Assembly: GCF_018977255.1 (NCBI RefSeq)
Contig: NW_024704742.1
Coordinates: 98,270,001 to 98,334,000 of the forward strand
DNA from: Callorhinchus milii
Taxonomy: Eukaryota
Direction of reading: 5' to 3'
Length of the DNA: 64,000 bases
In this document: piece by piece, positions 1 through 12,900 of the stretch
Layout: each line of letters opens with the position of its first letter
Position numbering within the stretch: position 1 is the stretch's first letter
Program-made: the position numbers and the translations under genes
Notes under the pieces: generated by a model
What the model was told of the DNA's origin: nothing
What the model saw: only the letters and a program-made list of their open reading frames with translations
Database searches by the model: none

Positions 1-814
1 GCTTCAGCCAACGGTTTATGCATGAAAATAGTAATAAAGAGAGCATTAGTGCATTGAACTGCATACTTCACTGCCTAGTATATATCTAAGAGTTACTCAT
101 CTACTCTCAGTTACAAAAGGTTTAATTCACATTAACCAAGTCTAAAACGGTAATTTTCCCCCTTCATTAAACGTTACAAGATGCACAATAGCCATTCTTC
201 TGAATAAAATTAAATCCCCATTTAAGGGGCTTCCTCCAACTGTTTAATTCATAAATGATATATATGTCAGTGGTTGAAATGACTTGAGATCACTTTTGCA
301 AGGATCACATTAAAAACACAACCCTTTGTCTCGGGTGAAAGTGAGATAAATGAATTCATTATTTTTTCTTGGACCTGGGTACATATTTGTTTATTGTGTA
401 TCTTTTGCTCAAGGAAAAAAATCCTTTTTGGCCACAAAGCATAATTTTACTGCAATATTATATTGTGAATGAACAGCAGATTATAGCAATACTGCCTCAA
501 TGGATAGTCGTCATCAATTAAACTAATAATTGAAGGGCAGAACACTCTGAATTAAGCGTTTGAGTGCTCAGGATGGGTTCGCTTGTTGGCAGCACTGACA
601 TCCTGTTTCTGGTGTAACTGTCATGTGAAGGATTGACCTGATCACGGGTATGATATGCCTATGTTAACCATGAGAGCCTGGTATTTTCACTGCTGCAAAA
701 CCAGATGTTTGTGCTGTTTCTTTCAGGTGAAGGGATCTGCTGTTTGACAAAGGTTGCTCCCACCCACTTCCAAAATGGTTTGTAGGAGTAGGGAGATTGA
801 AAAAGAACAGTAAG

Positions 815-950
815 TGATGGTTTTAACAATCAGCTACAAGGGTACGGGAGAAGAGAAGGTAAATGGGACTGAAAGGATTGTTCTTGAGGGAGCTGACATA
901 GACAGCATGGGTTGAACGTCCTTCTGTTCCGTAAATTTCTATGGTTCTAA
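815..950 (+). mobile_element. Degraded CR1 LINE 3' end/3'UTR remnant
   Basis: Resembles the CR1 3' ends elsewhere in the window (…GACAGCATGGGTTGAACGTCCTTCTGTTCCGTAAATTTCTATGGTTCTA). Confidence 0.45.
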
Positions 951-1130
951 CTTTTAAGGTCAGAAAAAAAGAATGAAGGCAGGTAAAATAGAGGTGGACT
1001 AGGCAAAACCGAATAAAAAATGTAAATAAAAATGGGAATTATTGGGAAATTAGGAACAAAGAAAAAATAGAAGGAAGAAAGGAATGTCAAGGCAAATGTG
1101 GATAAAATATTTCAAATGCTTGTAACATTT

Positions 1131-1362
1131 ATTTTGGCATTTTAGGGTTAATATTAGGGCTGATTTGCAAGTTGTGTGAAAACATTGCTGGTTGGATTAA
1201 CCATGTGCAAAGGATCATAGATGCTCATTGTTATATGATTCACAACTAATCAAAATGATGATATCTGATTCTGCAACATAAAAGAGCACAATTTATTATA
1301 TTTGCCCATGGTTAACCCAACCTGCAAAGTTTGTGCATGGGTATTAATCTAGTACCAAAATT
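1131..1362. mobile_element. Imperfect palindromic MITE-like element (family shared with 21217..21366)
   Basis: GGTTGGATTAACCATGTGCAAA (1190-1211) is a 20/22 inverted match to TTTGCCCATGGTTAACCCAACC (1301-1322). The outer ATTTTGG/CCAAAAT ends are also inverted. Confidence 0.6.
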
Positions 1363-1834
1363 AGATCCCAACATGCAAACATAGCTATCCTAATGTTTAA
1401 ATCTGTTAATATTTTCAGTATCACAGTGAATGAGACAGAAATGTACAGATACAAAAATGTTCAGGGAGTGTATGGGTTAAGTGGAAGACTGGTTTTCAGA
1501 GGGTTTGGATACTGAATGGAAGTGGAATTCAGATCCATTTCAACTGTTGTAGTTATTTCCTGTAAGAGAAATACAGGGTCACAAATCTGTCTCACATCTT
1601 CTATTATGTATGAAAATCCTTTGATTTGCAGAACTATTGGAATTCACTAACAATGACCAGGGGGTAATCAAAGAGCAATTTTAGAATTTGTGAGTAATAC
1701 ATAATATTCACAAGCTACAATCATGTAATGCACACAATGGAATTGCAATGCATGGATAGAAATGGCAATTTATGAACTATATTGATAAATTACCCAGTGC
1801 AAAATAAAAGTAGCTGCTACATTCATGGGTTTTC

Positions 1835-2170
1835 AGTGGAGCAGAGCAGGTTAAGGGGGAATCTAAACTTATGAATGGTTTTGATAGGTTAAATAAATAC
1901 TATTTCTACTGCTCGGCAAGCCAAGTAAGAAAGCATAAATTGATGATAATTTTTTAAAAAGCAAAGGGTTATTAGACTGGAATGCTTTACCGGATCTGGC
2001 TGTTGAAGCTGAATCCATAATAATGTTTGAAAGAAAGCTGGATAAATAGTTGAGGAAATATAATGTTAATCGTTTTAAGAACAGATAGCTCTCAAGGGGA
2101 AGTGAGCGCCAACACAGACACAATTAGCAAAATGACCTCCTTCAGTATTATAAATATTTTAGGATTCCAT
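1835..2170 (+). mobile_element. Degraded CR1 LINE 3' fragment
   Basis: Remnants of the CR1 ORF2 C-terminus (RLRGDL-like AGGTTAAGGGGGAATCTA; QRVIRLWNALP-like CAAAGGGTTATTAGACTGGAATGCTTTACC; FERKLDK) followed by a 3'UTR-like segment. Confidence 0.65.
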
Positions 2171-2344
2171 CTTTAAAGTTAAAGGTATGATGTGATGTTT
2201 TGGATTAAAACACTCTGGAGTAAAAGAGGAATATATAAGCCAAATTTACAGTGACTTTCCCAAGTGAAAGTCCAGCAATCCTAAAGGGTTCCAGCGGTCC
2301 TAAAGAACACCTTCATCCCGCTACAATACAATGGCAGGATTGAA

Positions 2345-2537
2345 GTAATAATAATGATAATCCTTGCAATTGATATAGCGCCTTATCATGTCTTGGGACG
2401 TCTCAAAGCGCTTCACAGAATATACTGTAAAGTGAATTGACTGTATATTTTTTGGGTGAAACACGGCAGCCAATTGTCAAACCCAGGTCTCTCTCTTGAG
2501 AGGTGAGAGCTCCAACCTCTGAGCTACAGGAGTCCAC
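2345..2537 (-). mobile_element. tRNA-derived SINE, internally deleted (head joined to tail)
   Basis: Reverse-complement tail (TAATAATCCTTGCAATTGATATAGCGCC…) at 2345-2475 and head (…GAGCTACAGGAGTCCAC) at 2478-2537. Confidence 0.85.
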
Positions 2538-3024
2538 AGTAGAAGGTGGTCCTTGTCCTCTCTGCATCTGCAGATCAGATACTGCTCTGGAGCTATTCCA
2601 CTCTGTCTCTCTTCATCCTCACAATTTAATTTCACTGCATTGTCTCCCTATCTCATCCTGGTTTCTGCCATTTATATTCCTTATTCTTTTCCATGATGAA
2701 CCTCACCTTACCTCTTTCATGTGTTCCATTCTCATTTGTTGCTCCTCCATCTCCTCATCTTTTTCTGCTGCTATCTCAGGATATCATCTCACATAAAAAA
2801 GCATATGGTTTCCTTTTGTTATAAATTGGGAATGCTCCATCATGCCCACTATAGCACTGGTAATTAGGTCTCTTAGAGCTGCCATGCAGACTGACTCACA
2901 AACTGACTCATTCTCCTCTCCTAGCACTTACCTTACTGCCATTGCTCCAACTTATCATCATATTGGACCCTTTGACCTCCCATGGGATCACTGCAATCTG
3001 AAACTTCTTTACTATCATCTGATC

Positions 3025-3185
3025 AGGCAGACGGGATCTTGGTTTGACACCTCATCCAAAAGATGGCAATGCTGCACCCCTTCAGCACTGACTAGACTGT
3101 ATGCGTTTTAAAGTCCCAATGTGGGGCTTGAACTCACCGCCTTCTGACTTAGATATGAGAGTGCTACCAATTGAGTCAGGCTGGC
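3025..3185 (-). mobile_element. Deu-domain SINE, 5' part with tRNA-like head
   Basis: Reverse complement reads CTGACTCAATTGGTAGCACTCTC…GAGTTCAAGCCCCAC…TTTTGGATGAGGTGTCAAACC. It matches the copy at 62700. Confidence 0.65.
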
Positions 3186-6100
3186 ACCTAAGCTACTAAC
3201 CCTTCAACCTGTCTTCAAAGACATTTTATACATATAACATTAAAAAAGACACTTGTCAATCACATTCCAAGTTCCCTACCACCATTGATATCTCCCCTGC
3301 CCCCTCACCCCTCTTGTTCCTGGTGACTTTAACTTGCACATTAATTCACCCAGACACTATTCTCAAATTTTGTCCTAAATTGTACAAATTGGATCCCGTT
3401 AAATAATGTATTGTCTTCACTGATGAGAAGCCGAAGTCAAGAGGCCTGTGGAGAAAGGTGGACTATGATGTTGCCTGACCATTTCCGATTTGTAACCATC
3501 ATGACTCCTCGTCAGTTACAAATATTCGGCTCCTTGGATTGGTAAACCATGTCAGATTTGTGCTGGGCAAACAATTGGCAGAGATATGTGAAAAAGACTG
3601 GAGCAAGTGTGGAAATTCTCAGGAAATCTCAGCTCCACTTGTCACTGCCGTGTCTTCAGTGAGATCCAAAGGCTTTATCTACCCAGTGATGGAATATTGC
3701 ATCTTGTTTAGCAGACAACAGGAAAGATGCATTTCTGTCCAATTAAAAATATCAAGTCCACATTCCGTAACACGTGCCTTGAGTCTCAAAGCAGCATTTC
3801 TCATGAATTTGCATTCATGGATATTAGTTCTTATTAAATTGTGGAAATATTAGACACTACCACTAAACATAAAGAAAGAATCATCAACTATTCTCAAAAG
3901 TCTGTTCTCAGCTGTCCAGGTGCCCAATTCAATTATTTGCACATCTCATTAACTATGTTGTAGCATAAATTTAATTAAAATTTAAATATGTATCTTTTGT
4001 GCTAGCAAACTAATTAGATTTCTGTATATGTTTACTGATGAATATTAGAGAGTGGCATTGGAGACACACATTGAATCTCAGAACACATCTTTATTCACAA
4101 TACCTTCCTTCGATTATTCAAAGGAATTATTAGCGATTTTTAAAAAAATCACACATTTGACTTGAAAGCACAAAATATATTTGGAATTGTCTGTAATAAC
4201 AGAGTCTGGTCCCACTGGCTGCTTAGAATTGTTTTGTGAATGTCCTTGACCATTCTGGACTTGCAGAAACATTAAAATTACTCTCAGTATTATATTCCTG
4301 TCTTTGGCAATGAGGTGCCTGTTATTGTATGATTCCATCATTTCCACCTCTGTGGTACTGGAATTTCCCTCCTATATTTTTTCTTATATTTTTAATTAAC
4401 TTTTATATCAAGCAGTTAATTAAATAGAGCACACCACAAAGTTACCAACAGTAGGAAATAGATATGAAAGGTCTATCAGCTTTCTGGGCTATAGACAGGA
4501 ACAAATATGAAGAGTGAAATTCCTCTTATATCGATAATAGGAAATACGTAGTTATACACAAAGAGTACATTTGCTTCCTCTAAGAACCCTTTTTTAGCAA
4601 ATGGCAGAAATATATCAGAGACATTTTACCCCTGGATTCTGCATAATCCAAAGTTGTACAGATTTGTGTACTGATAATGATGGTGTACTTCATGTCAAAG
4701 TCCAAAACTCTCTAATGTGGAAATGATGGGGCAAAACTGTCACTCTTTTATATAATTAAGGCTTGGGTACCACAAATTACCAAGTACTGTATTTATGACA
4801 GATCTTTTGTTTGGCACAGAGTCCATTGCAACTCAACATTTGTATCAATCTTTGATTTAGGCAGCAAGAAATTTATTAAACAATACATTTTTACCATTAA
4901 ATCTGTCTTTATGTTACATTATTTTCTAGTTTGTTGGACATTGCTGTGAGTAAATTGGCTGCCATGCTCCCCTACAAAGTATAGACACTGCACTTTATTC
5001 ACAGCATTTTCTGTGAAGTGCTTTGAGACATCATCCTGATGTAAAAGGCATTAAATGTACAAAATAAAATTTTTACCTAAGTTATGTGTGTCTATTGCAC
5101 AAAAATTGATAGTCTTAACATTTAACTTAATTGTTAATATTTCAACTGAACTGACCAAGTTCAGTCATTTTAGCATTGTTAGAAATAATATACAGCTTAA
5201 TATACAACTGTTCTTGTATGAAAGCAGAATAATAATAAAAAAAGAATAAATTGAATCTCATTTTTAATACAGCCACAAAGAAAAGAAATTGTTTCTAGAT
5301 CACTTAAAGGCAGAAAGGAGTTACATCAGGTGATCAATGTTAACAGGAAAATGAAAATAAAATAAAACCAATAAAATACTGCTTTGCATTAATTATGTTT
5401 TCCGTGCTGAATTCAAAGAATAATGCATGAGCAAAACAAAGAAAAACTTGGCATTGTTGACATGCATGGGCAACATTTCTCTGATATAATTGCTTTAATG
5501 CAAAAATAGTTGCTGACTGTTTTTCAAACACACTGAAATTGGTCTGTACTGCACCAGTCTAACCATTTCACAAACTGCTGCTGAATCACAGTCATCTCTC
5601 ACAAACAGAAGTCTCCAGCCCAAAACCAATCATCTTCAGTTCTCTTGGATTGCATCCAGCTCTGTCTGCAGTGACTATTTTAATGAACATCCCTTCCAAG
5701 TAGACAGTTCAAAGCTCCAGCACTGCAGACTCTGCACTGGATCATATTCCTGAAATGGAAGCAACTGTCAGTTATAATCCAGACTGGCGTTGGTGCCAAA
5801 AGGATGAAAATGTCTGTTTTTTGTAACAATGTTAACCCTCTGGAACTGTGGTATTAATTTTGACTCCAAATAGAAATAGAAGACATGGATTCTTTTCATT
5901 ATATTAAGCAATCTGAGATGCTACCCAGTGCGACGATCGCTACATAACTGCAAATTGTTGTTGAATATGCCGATAATGCAGTATCAAGGAAGTTGTTTTC
6001 CTGTGGCTGCACGTATGATCAGATTTTATTACACTCAGTGACCCCTCTATAACTCTAACTTGACATTATGCCCAATATAAAATGCTTTATAAAAGGTTTC

Positions 6101-6675
6101 CTCATTATTTGGGAAAACACATCAAAACCTTTCTTTTATAGGACTCCTCCTGCTCTCATACTCTTTTTATGCAACTTCTAAAGGCACTTTAATAACATGA
6201 GGTGGAAGGAGGGGGAAGGGGCTCTGCTTGCACACAGTGTAAGACTACACACGATAACTGAGAGGCGACAAACACTGTTCATTAATATCTTAACACTTTG
6301 AGGAAAATTTTGGTGTGTGGTGAAATAATTATTATTGGTAATAATTGTCACATCCCATACTGCATTTCCTCTATGCTCCACACCCCTCACCAACAAACAC
6401 ATCTTGGTTTCAGACATGTGAAATATGTGACACCTCTGTACATAAATCACAGAATGTGGAATCTACCTGACTGATGTGGCTTTGCTCATGGGTAAAACTT
6501 TAATTGGTTAATCATTGGCCTTTCATTGTGGAGAGAGACATCTTCACAATGTACAGTCTCTTTAATCATCCGGAAAGCAGTCAAATGTAGTTTTAAAACC
6601 TTTTGTTTTCAGTCGAAATCCTTATAGTAATTGTCACAATTTTTGAAAAAAAAATCTGACCTGCTTCTCTAGGTG

Positions 6676-6911
6676 AAAATGCAGGTCAACTGTATTCTTC
6701 ATGATATACAGCAGTTGTCTCACCGATCATTAAAATATAGTGATCTTTCCCATTCATCTTTATAATGGGGCTTCATGCCAATTAAACATTCATAAATCAG
6801 ACCCACAAGGTAACAGGATTGATGCTCAGTTTGTGCTGAGTTAACTAATCTTAGGCCGAGAAGCACTACAACTGGGCATCAGCACTCCTGATCTCTATCC
6901 AGTCTTTCCTG
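6676..6911 (+). repeat. Local direct duplication, copy 1 (~235 bp)
   Basis: Near-identical to 7395..7637 (AAAATGCAGGTCAAC…CTCCTGATCTCTATCCAGT). Confidence 0.95.
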
Positions 6912-6970
6912 GAATGTGTGCATGTGTAAATGTTTGTTGGGGATGGAATTTGGCTTGGCTGCTTGGGTGG
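6800..6970 (+). mobile_element. Old interspersed repeat, probably a separate SINE family (also at 54675..54820)
   Basis: Shares GTGCT…CTACAA(C/T)TGG…CTCCTG…TATC(C/G)AGT…TGGAA(A/T)GT motifs with the 54.7 kb copy. Confidence 0.45.
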
Positions 6971-7013
6971 GGATGAATGATGAGCAAGAGAGAAGGGGAT
7001 GATCAAAGAGGTA

Positions 7014-7310
7014 GGTGGACTCCTGTTGCGTCTGGGTTAGAACACTTGCCTTGCAAGTGGGAGGACGTGGATTCGATTCCCGGGCAGGGCGCAAGTTTTT
7101 TTTACACACCTCTGTTTACCTAGCAGTAAGTAGGAATGCAGTTGTCAGCTGATTGGCAGATCACTTTCCAGGGGCAATAATCCCTTCAAAAAAAAAGATA
7201 ATAATAATTTGGTCACTAACTCCACAACTATTTGTGGAACACTGCTGTGCCCAATTGGTTGGCTCGTTGTCGTGCACAAAATATACAGCCAATTCACTTT
7301 GCAGTGTGAT
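7014..7310 (+). mobile_element. tRNA-derived SINE lacking its 3' stem-loop and tail
   Basis: GTGGACTCCTG head, B box GGATTCGATTCCC, and a body matching the 58635 copy. It ends at CACTTTGCAGTG. Confidence 0.85.
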
Positions 7311-7317
7311 CCTGTAT

Positions 7318-7392
7318 TCTGATCTTCTAACCTAATTCCATTTACCCGCCCTATCCCCATATCCTTTAATCCCTTAGTTCTTAAAAATCTTT
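7318..7392 (-). mobile_element. Short CR1 3' fragment
   Basis: CTAATTCCATTTACCCGCCCTATCCCCATATCC is identical to the CR1 sequence near 21542. Confidence 0.8.
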
Positions 7393-7394
7393 TA

Positions 7395-7637
7395 AAAATG
7401 CAGGTCAACCTTATTCTTTGTGATATACAGCAGTTGTCTGTCTCACCGCTCATTAAAATATAGTGATCTTTCCCATTCATCTTTATAATGGGGCTTCATG
7501 CCAATTAAACATTCATAGATCAGACCCACAAGGTAACAGGATTGATGCTCAGTTTGTGCTGAGTTAACTAATCTTAGGCCGAGAGGCACCATAACTGGGC
7601 ATCAGCACTCCTGATCTCTATCCAGTATCCTTTCCTG
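7395..7637 (+). repeat. Local direct duplication, copy 2
   Basis: Near-identical to 6676..6911 with a few substitutions and small indels. Confidence 0.95.
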
Positions 7638-7974
7638 ACAGTGGTTATTCTGAGGTGTTCTGTTGGGCTTCAGAGGTTGGATGAACTGGGAGGAGGTTCT
7701 GGTATCTTCTTGCCTGGCCCACCCACTCGGCAAAACCTCACCTTTTCGATGAGGAGAGCCCATTTTCCCCCCATCCCTGTTGGTCAATGCTAGAAAATAA
7801 ATATTCACTGAAACAAAAAACAGAAGATCGCTCTTGGTTTTACAATTGAGAAAACAAAAATTGCTTAGCTCAAAGAGAAATTAAAAGGCAGGCACTGAGA
7901 TTTGAAAAGGGAGAAACTGTTTACCTGGAGGGTCCACTAACATCTGGTGTATGATAATTCAGGTCAGCCTTAGT

Positions 7975-8088
7975 TTCGCCCACAAAATATACAGTCAATT
8001 CACTTGACAGTCTACTCTATGAAGCGCTTTGAGACGTCTCAAAGACATGATAAGGCGCTATATCAATGTAAGGATTATTATTATTATA
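7975..8088 (+). mobile_element. 5'-truncated SINE (3' tail)
   Basis: …AAGCGCTTTGAGACGTCTCAAAGACATGATAAGGCGCTATATCAATGTAAGG(ATT)n. Confidence 0.85.
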
Positions 8089-9714
8089 GCTAAGCTCCAC
8101 AATGTTTCTAAACCCCAATATTACTATGCTTACTTTCCAACACTGCTGCTCAATATGAATTTTGCAAAAAATTTGGTGCTTCTATCCTTCCCAAAATCCT
8201 CAAAGGGTTAATTCAAAGCAAACTGATGATACATTGATGTCTCTCTTCATTACCCAGAATGCAGCCTTCCAATCTGGATTGAACACTGAAACAGAAAAGA
8301 GGATTAAACTAAAAATCCCCTTCAGTAATAAGCACCGTCAATAGTTACCAACAGCATCAGAGTTTCAACTAACATTGACAGATTCGCTTGATAGAGAGCA
8401 CCAAAAGCCTATTGCAGCTTTCAAAAGATGCATGTTTTCCATCTTACAGATGATGCTAAGCACATTTCTGAAGCTGCATATCATGGCAAAATACACAGAA
8501 TCACAAGAGTATGAATAAAATATATGAAAATGTCTTGGTGGGCTTTTGCTATTTTGAACCTGAAATGCCACTGCAGCTCTCAAGAGCTTAATTAAATGTG
8601 GAAATAAAATAACTGGTACTGGTTCAGATAAATACAATTTAAATTTCGGTTGTCTGCCCCAAAGATGGTGAAATTGAAGCAGTTATTTCCCTAAAAAAAA
8701 AGGAAGCTGCCATCGTATCATCCAATTTAAATGATTATGTCAAATTCATTTTGTCATTTTGCATTGAAATATTCTTGGTATTAAATGATGATTAAAAAAA
8801 ATCCTATATAGATATTTTAATATATACATTATATAATATATCTTTCTTTAAAAGCCTAGTAAAAATTCAACATCAGGTCTGTGTGTGAATCCCAGTGATC
8901 CTGTTGAATTATTCTGTAGAATTAATGCTAGATCGAAGACGACACAAGTTCTGAAGGCTCCAGAAGACTTCTGAGAAATCCATGTTGTAAGGTAGCCACA
9001 AGCTGATCTTTCATTTCATAATACAAACAGAGGATCTGGTAAATTAATCATAAGCTGTACATGTTTTAGTTGGGTAGCTTTGAATTTTTGGTGAGATCTA
9101 CTAATAGTAATTGACCTAAATAATAAATTGTGCACATGCTACAAAATATAATCACTCACTCTCAATAATTGGGAATTAACTTTTTTATACACTAAAGAAA
9201 AAAAATGAAATGGAGTTAATAAAGCTTACATTTATTTTGTAAAAATGGTTACTACACTTTCCACATAAGGAATGTTTTCAAATGCCACGCTAATCCTGCA
9301 TTAAGGAAAAATAACACCTTTTATTAATTGCCCAAGTTTTGGTGACCAACAATTCCTTCTAATTAAAGTCCTTCATTAATCAAGGACTCACAGGATCAAT
9401 CTGAGTTAAGATGGTATCCCATGAAATGCAACTGATATGCCATGTTCTGTAGTCAGCAACAACAGTGACAGTCACTGGTGGGGTAGGCTAAAAACAAACG
9501 GTATCACTGAAAATTTCAGACAGATTTAATTCCCAACCCATTGTACCAAAGTCGGGTGAAGAGGGTTTCTTTACATCTGCGAATTGCTCCAAAACCCATT
9601 CATGGTAGTGCCTCTGTTACAATTAATTTCATCCAGTATTTCTTTGAACCTGTGAACTTGTGCACAGCAAGTTCAAAAAAATGACTTTCCTAACCACAAG
9701 GTTATACTACTAAC

Positions 9715-9993
9715 ACTACTAATACTAACATATACTGATTTACAGAAGGGTTTTGATAAGGTGTTGCCTAGGAGGCTTGCTAAAAAATTAAGGATTAATG
9801 GAAAGGTAGCAACATGGATCGAAAGTTGTTTAAAATGGGAAACAGAGGGTGGGAGTAAAGAGTTGAAATCCACAATGGATTGGTCAGTGTTAGGACCATT
9901 GCTTTTCTCCATTTATAAAAATGAACTAGATTCTGGTATAAGTGGCAACATTTCTAAATTTGTAGATGCCTTGGAATTGGGGAGTGTAAATTG
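9715..9993 (+). mobile_element. CR1 ORF2 reverse-transcriptase fragment, left part (split by an L2)
   Basis: Translates YTDLQKGFDKV…KVATWIESCL…[28 protein letters not shown]…LGSVN, which are CR1 RT motifs. Confidence 0.85.
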
Positions 9994-9997
9994 AATG

Positions 9998-12900
9998 AAC
10001 AACAACAACAACAACAAGATACCATTTATTGAGCGCCTTTCACGTCGGGAGGACGTCCCAAGGTGCTGTACAGTTGGGTCAGGACCCGAGCAAGGGGGGA
10101 AATGGTCAGGGTGAGGGGAGGGAAGGGAGGGAGCGAGGAGGGGGTAGAGAGTCGAGAGGGGAGCTGAAGGCACGGTCAAAGAGAAAGGTCTTGAGACCGG
10201 CCTTGAAGGAGGAAAGGGAGGAGGCGGCGAAGGCACTGGGGATAGAGTTCCAGAGCCTCGGGGCTGAGAGGCTGAAGGCCTGGCCACCGATAGTAGGGCG
10301 GTTGGGGCGGGGGATGTGGAGCAGACCGGAGACAGAGGAACGGAGGGTACGGGCGGGTAGGTAGGGGGATAGTAGGTCGGAGAGGTAGGAGCCATGAATG
10401 GCCTTGTAGGTGAGGGTGAGGATCTTGAATTCGATCCTCTGGGGGATGGGGAGCCAGTGGAGGCGAGCGAGGGTGGGAGTGATGTGGTCGCGAAGCCTGG
10501 TGCGGGACAGTACACGAGCTGCAGAGTTCTGAATGACCTGCAGCTTGTGGAGGGAGGTGCCGGGAAGGCCGGCGAGGAGAGAGTTCCCATAGTCCAGCCT
10601 TGAGGTGATAAAGGCGTGGACCAGAGTTTCAGCAGCGTGAGGGGTGAGGTAGTGCCATAGTCTGGCGACATTCAGGGGGTGATGGAAGGCGGTGCCAGTT
10701 GTGGCGCGGATATGGGGGAGAAAGGACAGGTCAGGGTCAAACAGAACCCCGAGGTTCCTGACTGGCTTTGAGAGGTGGAGAGTGCAGCCTTGGATGCTGA
10801 TGCTGTCAGCGCCTGAGGTGCGGAGGCGCTGACGCGAGCCAATCAGGAGGGCCTCAGTTTTGCGCACGTTGAGCTGGAGAAAGTTATCTCTCGTCCAGGA
10901 CTCGATGTCGGACAGGCAGGCTGTCAGGACATCGGTGGTTGTGGAGTTGAGGGTAGAGGAGGAAAGGTAGAGTTGGGTGTCATCCGCATACATGTGGAAG
11001 TTAACCCCATGTCTGCGGATGATGTCACCAAGGGGGAGCATATAGAGGGTGAAGAGGAGGGGACCGAGGACAGAGCCTTGAGGGACACCGCACGAGACAG
11101 TGCGGGGCCGGAGGAAAAACCATTTGTGGAGACAAAGTGAAGACGGTGGGAGAGGTACGACCTAAACCACTCAAGGACAGGGCCTTGAAGGTTTAGGTGG
11201 GAGGACAAGCGGTGGAGGAGGATAGCATGGTCGACCGTATCGAATGCTGCCGATAGGTCGAGGAGGACGAGGAGGCAGAGGGAGCCCTGGTCACAGATGG
11301 TCAGGATGTCATTGGTGACCTTGACCAGGGCAGTTTCTGTGCTATGGGCAGCACGGAAACCCGATTGAAGGGGTTCGAATAGTGAATGGTTGGAGAGGAA
11401 AGAGCGCAGCTGGGAGGCGACAACTCGTTCCAGGACCTTGGATAGGAAGGGGAGGTTGGAGATGGGCCGGTAGCTTGATAGCTGCGACACATCAAGGGAG
11501 GTTTTTTTTAAGGTGGGAGTGATGGTGGCAGTTTTTAAGGGAATGGGAATAGAGCCAGAGGAGAGGGACAGGTTGACGATGTCTGTGATATGTGGGGCAA
11601 GGAGGTGGAGCTGGGAGATAAGGAGTGGAGTGGGGATGGGGTCAAGGGAGCAGGTGGTAGGTTTCAGGGAGAGGATGAGTTTGGTGACAGAGGGTGGGGA
11701 AACGGGTACGAAGGTGTGTAGGGGAGGATGGGTAGGAGTCGGAGTGTGGGAGGGAAGGGGTGGGTGGTGGGTGGATGTTGGAGGGGAAGTGACCGCGGAG
11801 CGGATTCCCTTGATCTTGGATTCAAGGAAATCCAGCATCTCCTCGCAGTGAAGGTTGGAGGAGATGACCTGCGCGGGGTGGCGGGGGGGACGGAGGAGTT
11901 GGGATGTGGTAGAGAACAGTAGCCTGGGGTTGTCCTTCGCCTCCAGGATTATCCTGGAGTAGAAGGACGATTTGGCCGAGGCTAGAGTGGAGCGGTAGAT
12001 TTTGAGGAGGTCCAGCCAGATTTGTCGGTGGAACGTTAGACCAGATTTGACGCAGGTGCATTCAATGGCCCGCACCTGGCTTTTCAGTGAGTGAAGGTGG
12101 GTGGTGAACCAGGGGGAGGAGCGAGAGTAGGAGACAGTATGGGAGGTGATAGGGGCAAGAGTGTCAAGTGTGGAGGAGAGGGTGTTTTGGAGGAGGGTGA
12201 GAGCAGAAGAGGGGTCGGTGAGGGTTGAAGGCCAGAGGGAGAGGAGTTCAGAGGACTCCAAGGCAGCGGTTAGGGATTGTGGGGGTAACTTCTTCCAGGG
12301 GCGGTAGAAGATGGTGGTGGGTCTGGTGGAGGTGGGGGTGGGGGGGGGTGGAGGTGGTGAAGGAGAGGGAGAGGTTGAGCGAGGAGAGCAGGGAAGAGAA
12401 ATCTGAGGAGATTGAGCAGGAGGGGGTGAAGTGAAGTGCAGGTTAAAGTCGCCCAGGATGATGAGGCGATCAGAGCAGAGGCAGAGAGATGTGAGAAGTG
12501 TTGAGATATCAGAGATAAAGGTGGGAGAGGCTTTAGGGGGCCGGTAGAGGGGGAGGATTTTAAGTGAGAGGAAGGAGGGGTGGGAGAGGGTGAGGTGCTC
12601 AAAAAAGGGGAAAGAGCCAAAGGAGTAGGGGGATAGGGCAAGTGGTGTCCTTGAGATAAGGGCAACACCACCGCCACGGCGGTTGGGGCGAGGGATGTGG
12701 TGGGAGGTGTAGCCGGGTGGCGTGGCCTCCGTGAGGGGGAAGGTGTCACTTGGGGTGAGCCAGGTTTCCGTTAAGGCCATGATGTCAACGCTCTCATCAA
12801 GGATGAGATCGTTGATGACCAGGGCCTTGTTACAGAGGGAGCGGACATTTTGTAGTCCGATGTGGATGGAGCTGTTGACAGAAGGGTGTGTGGGGAGGGA

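Noticed and set aside
727-809. Possible exon (TTTCTTTCAG|…|GTAAGT)
   Set aside because: Stops occur in all three frames and nothing else supports it.
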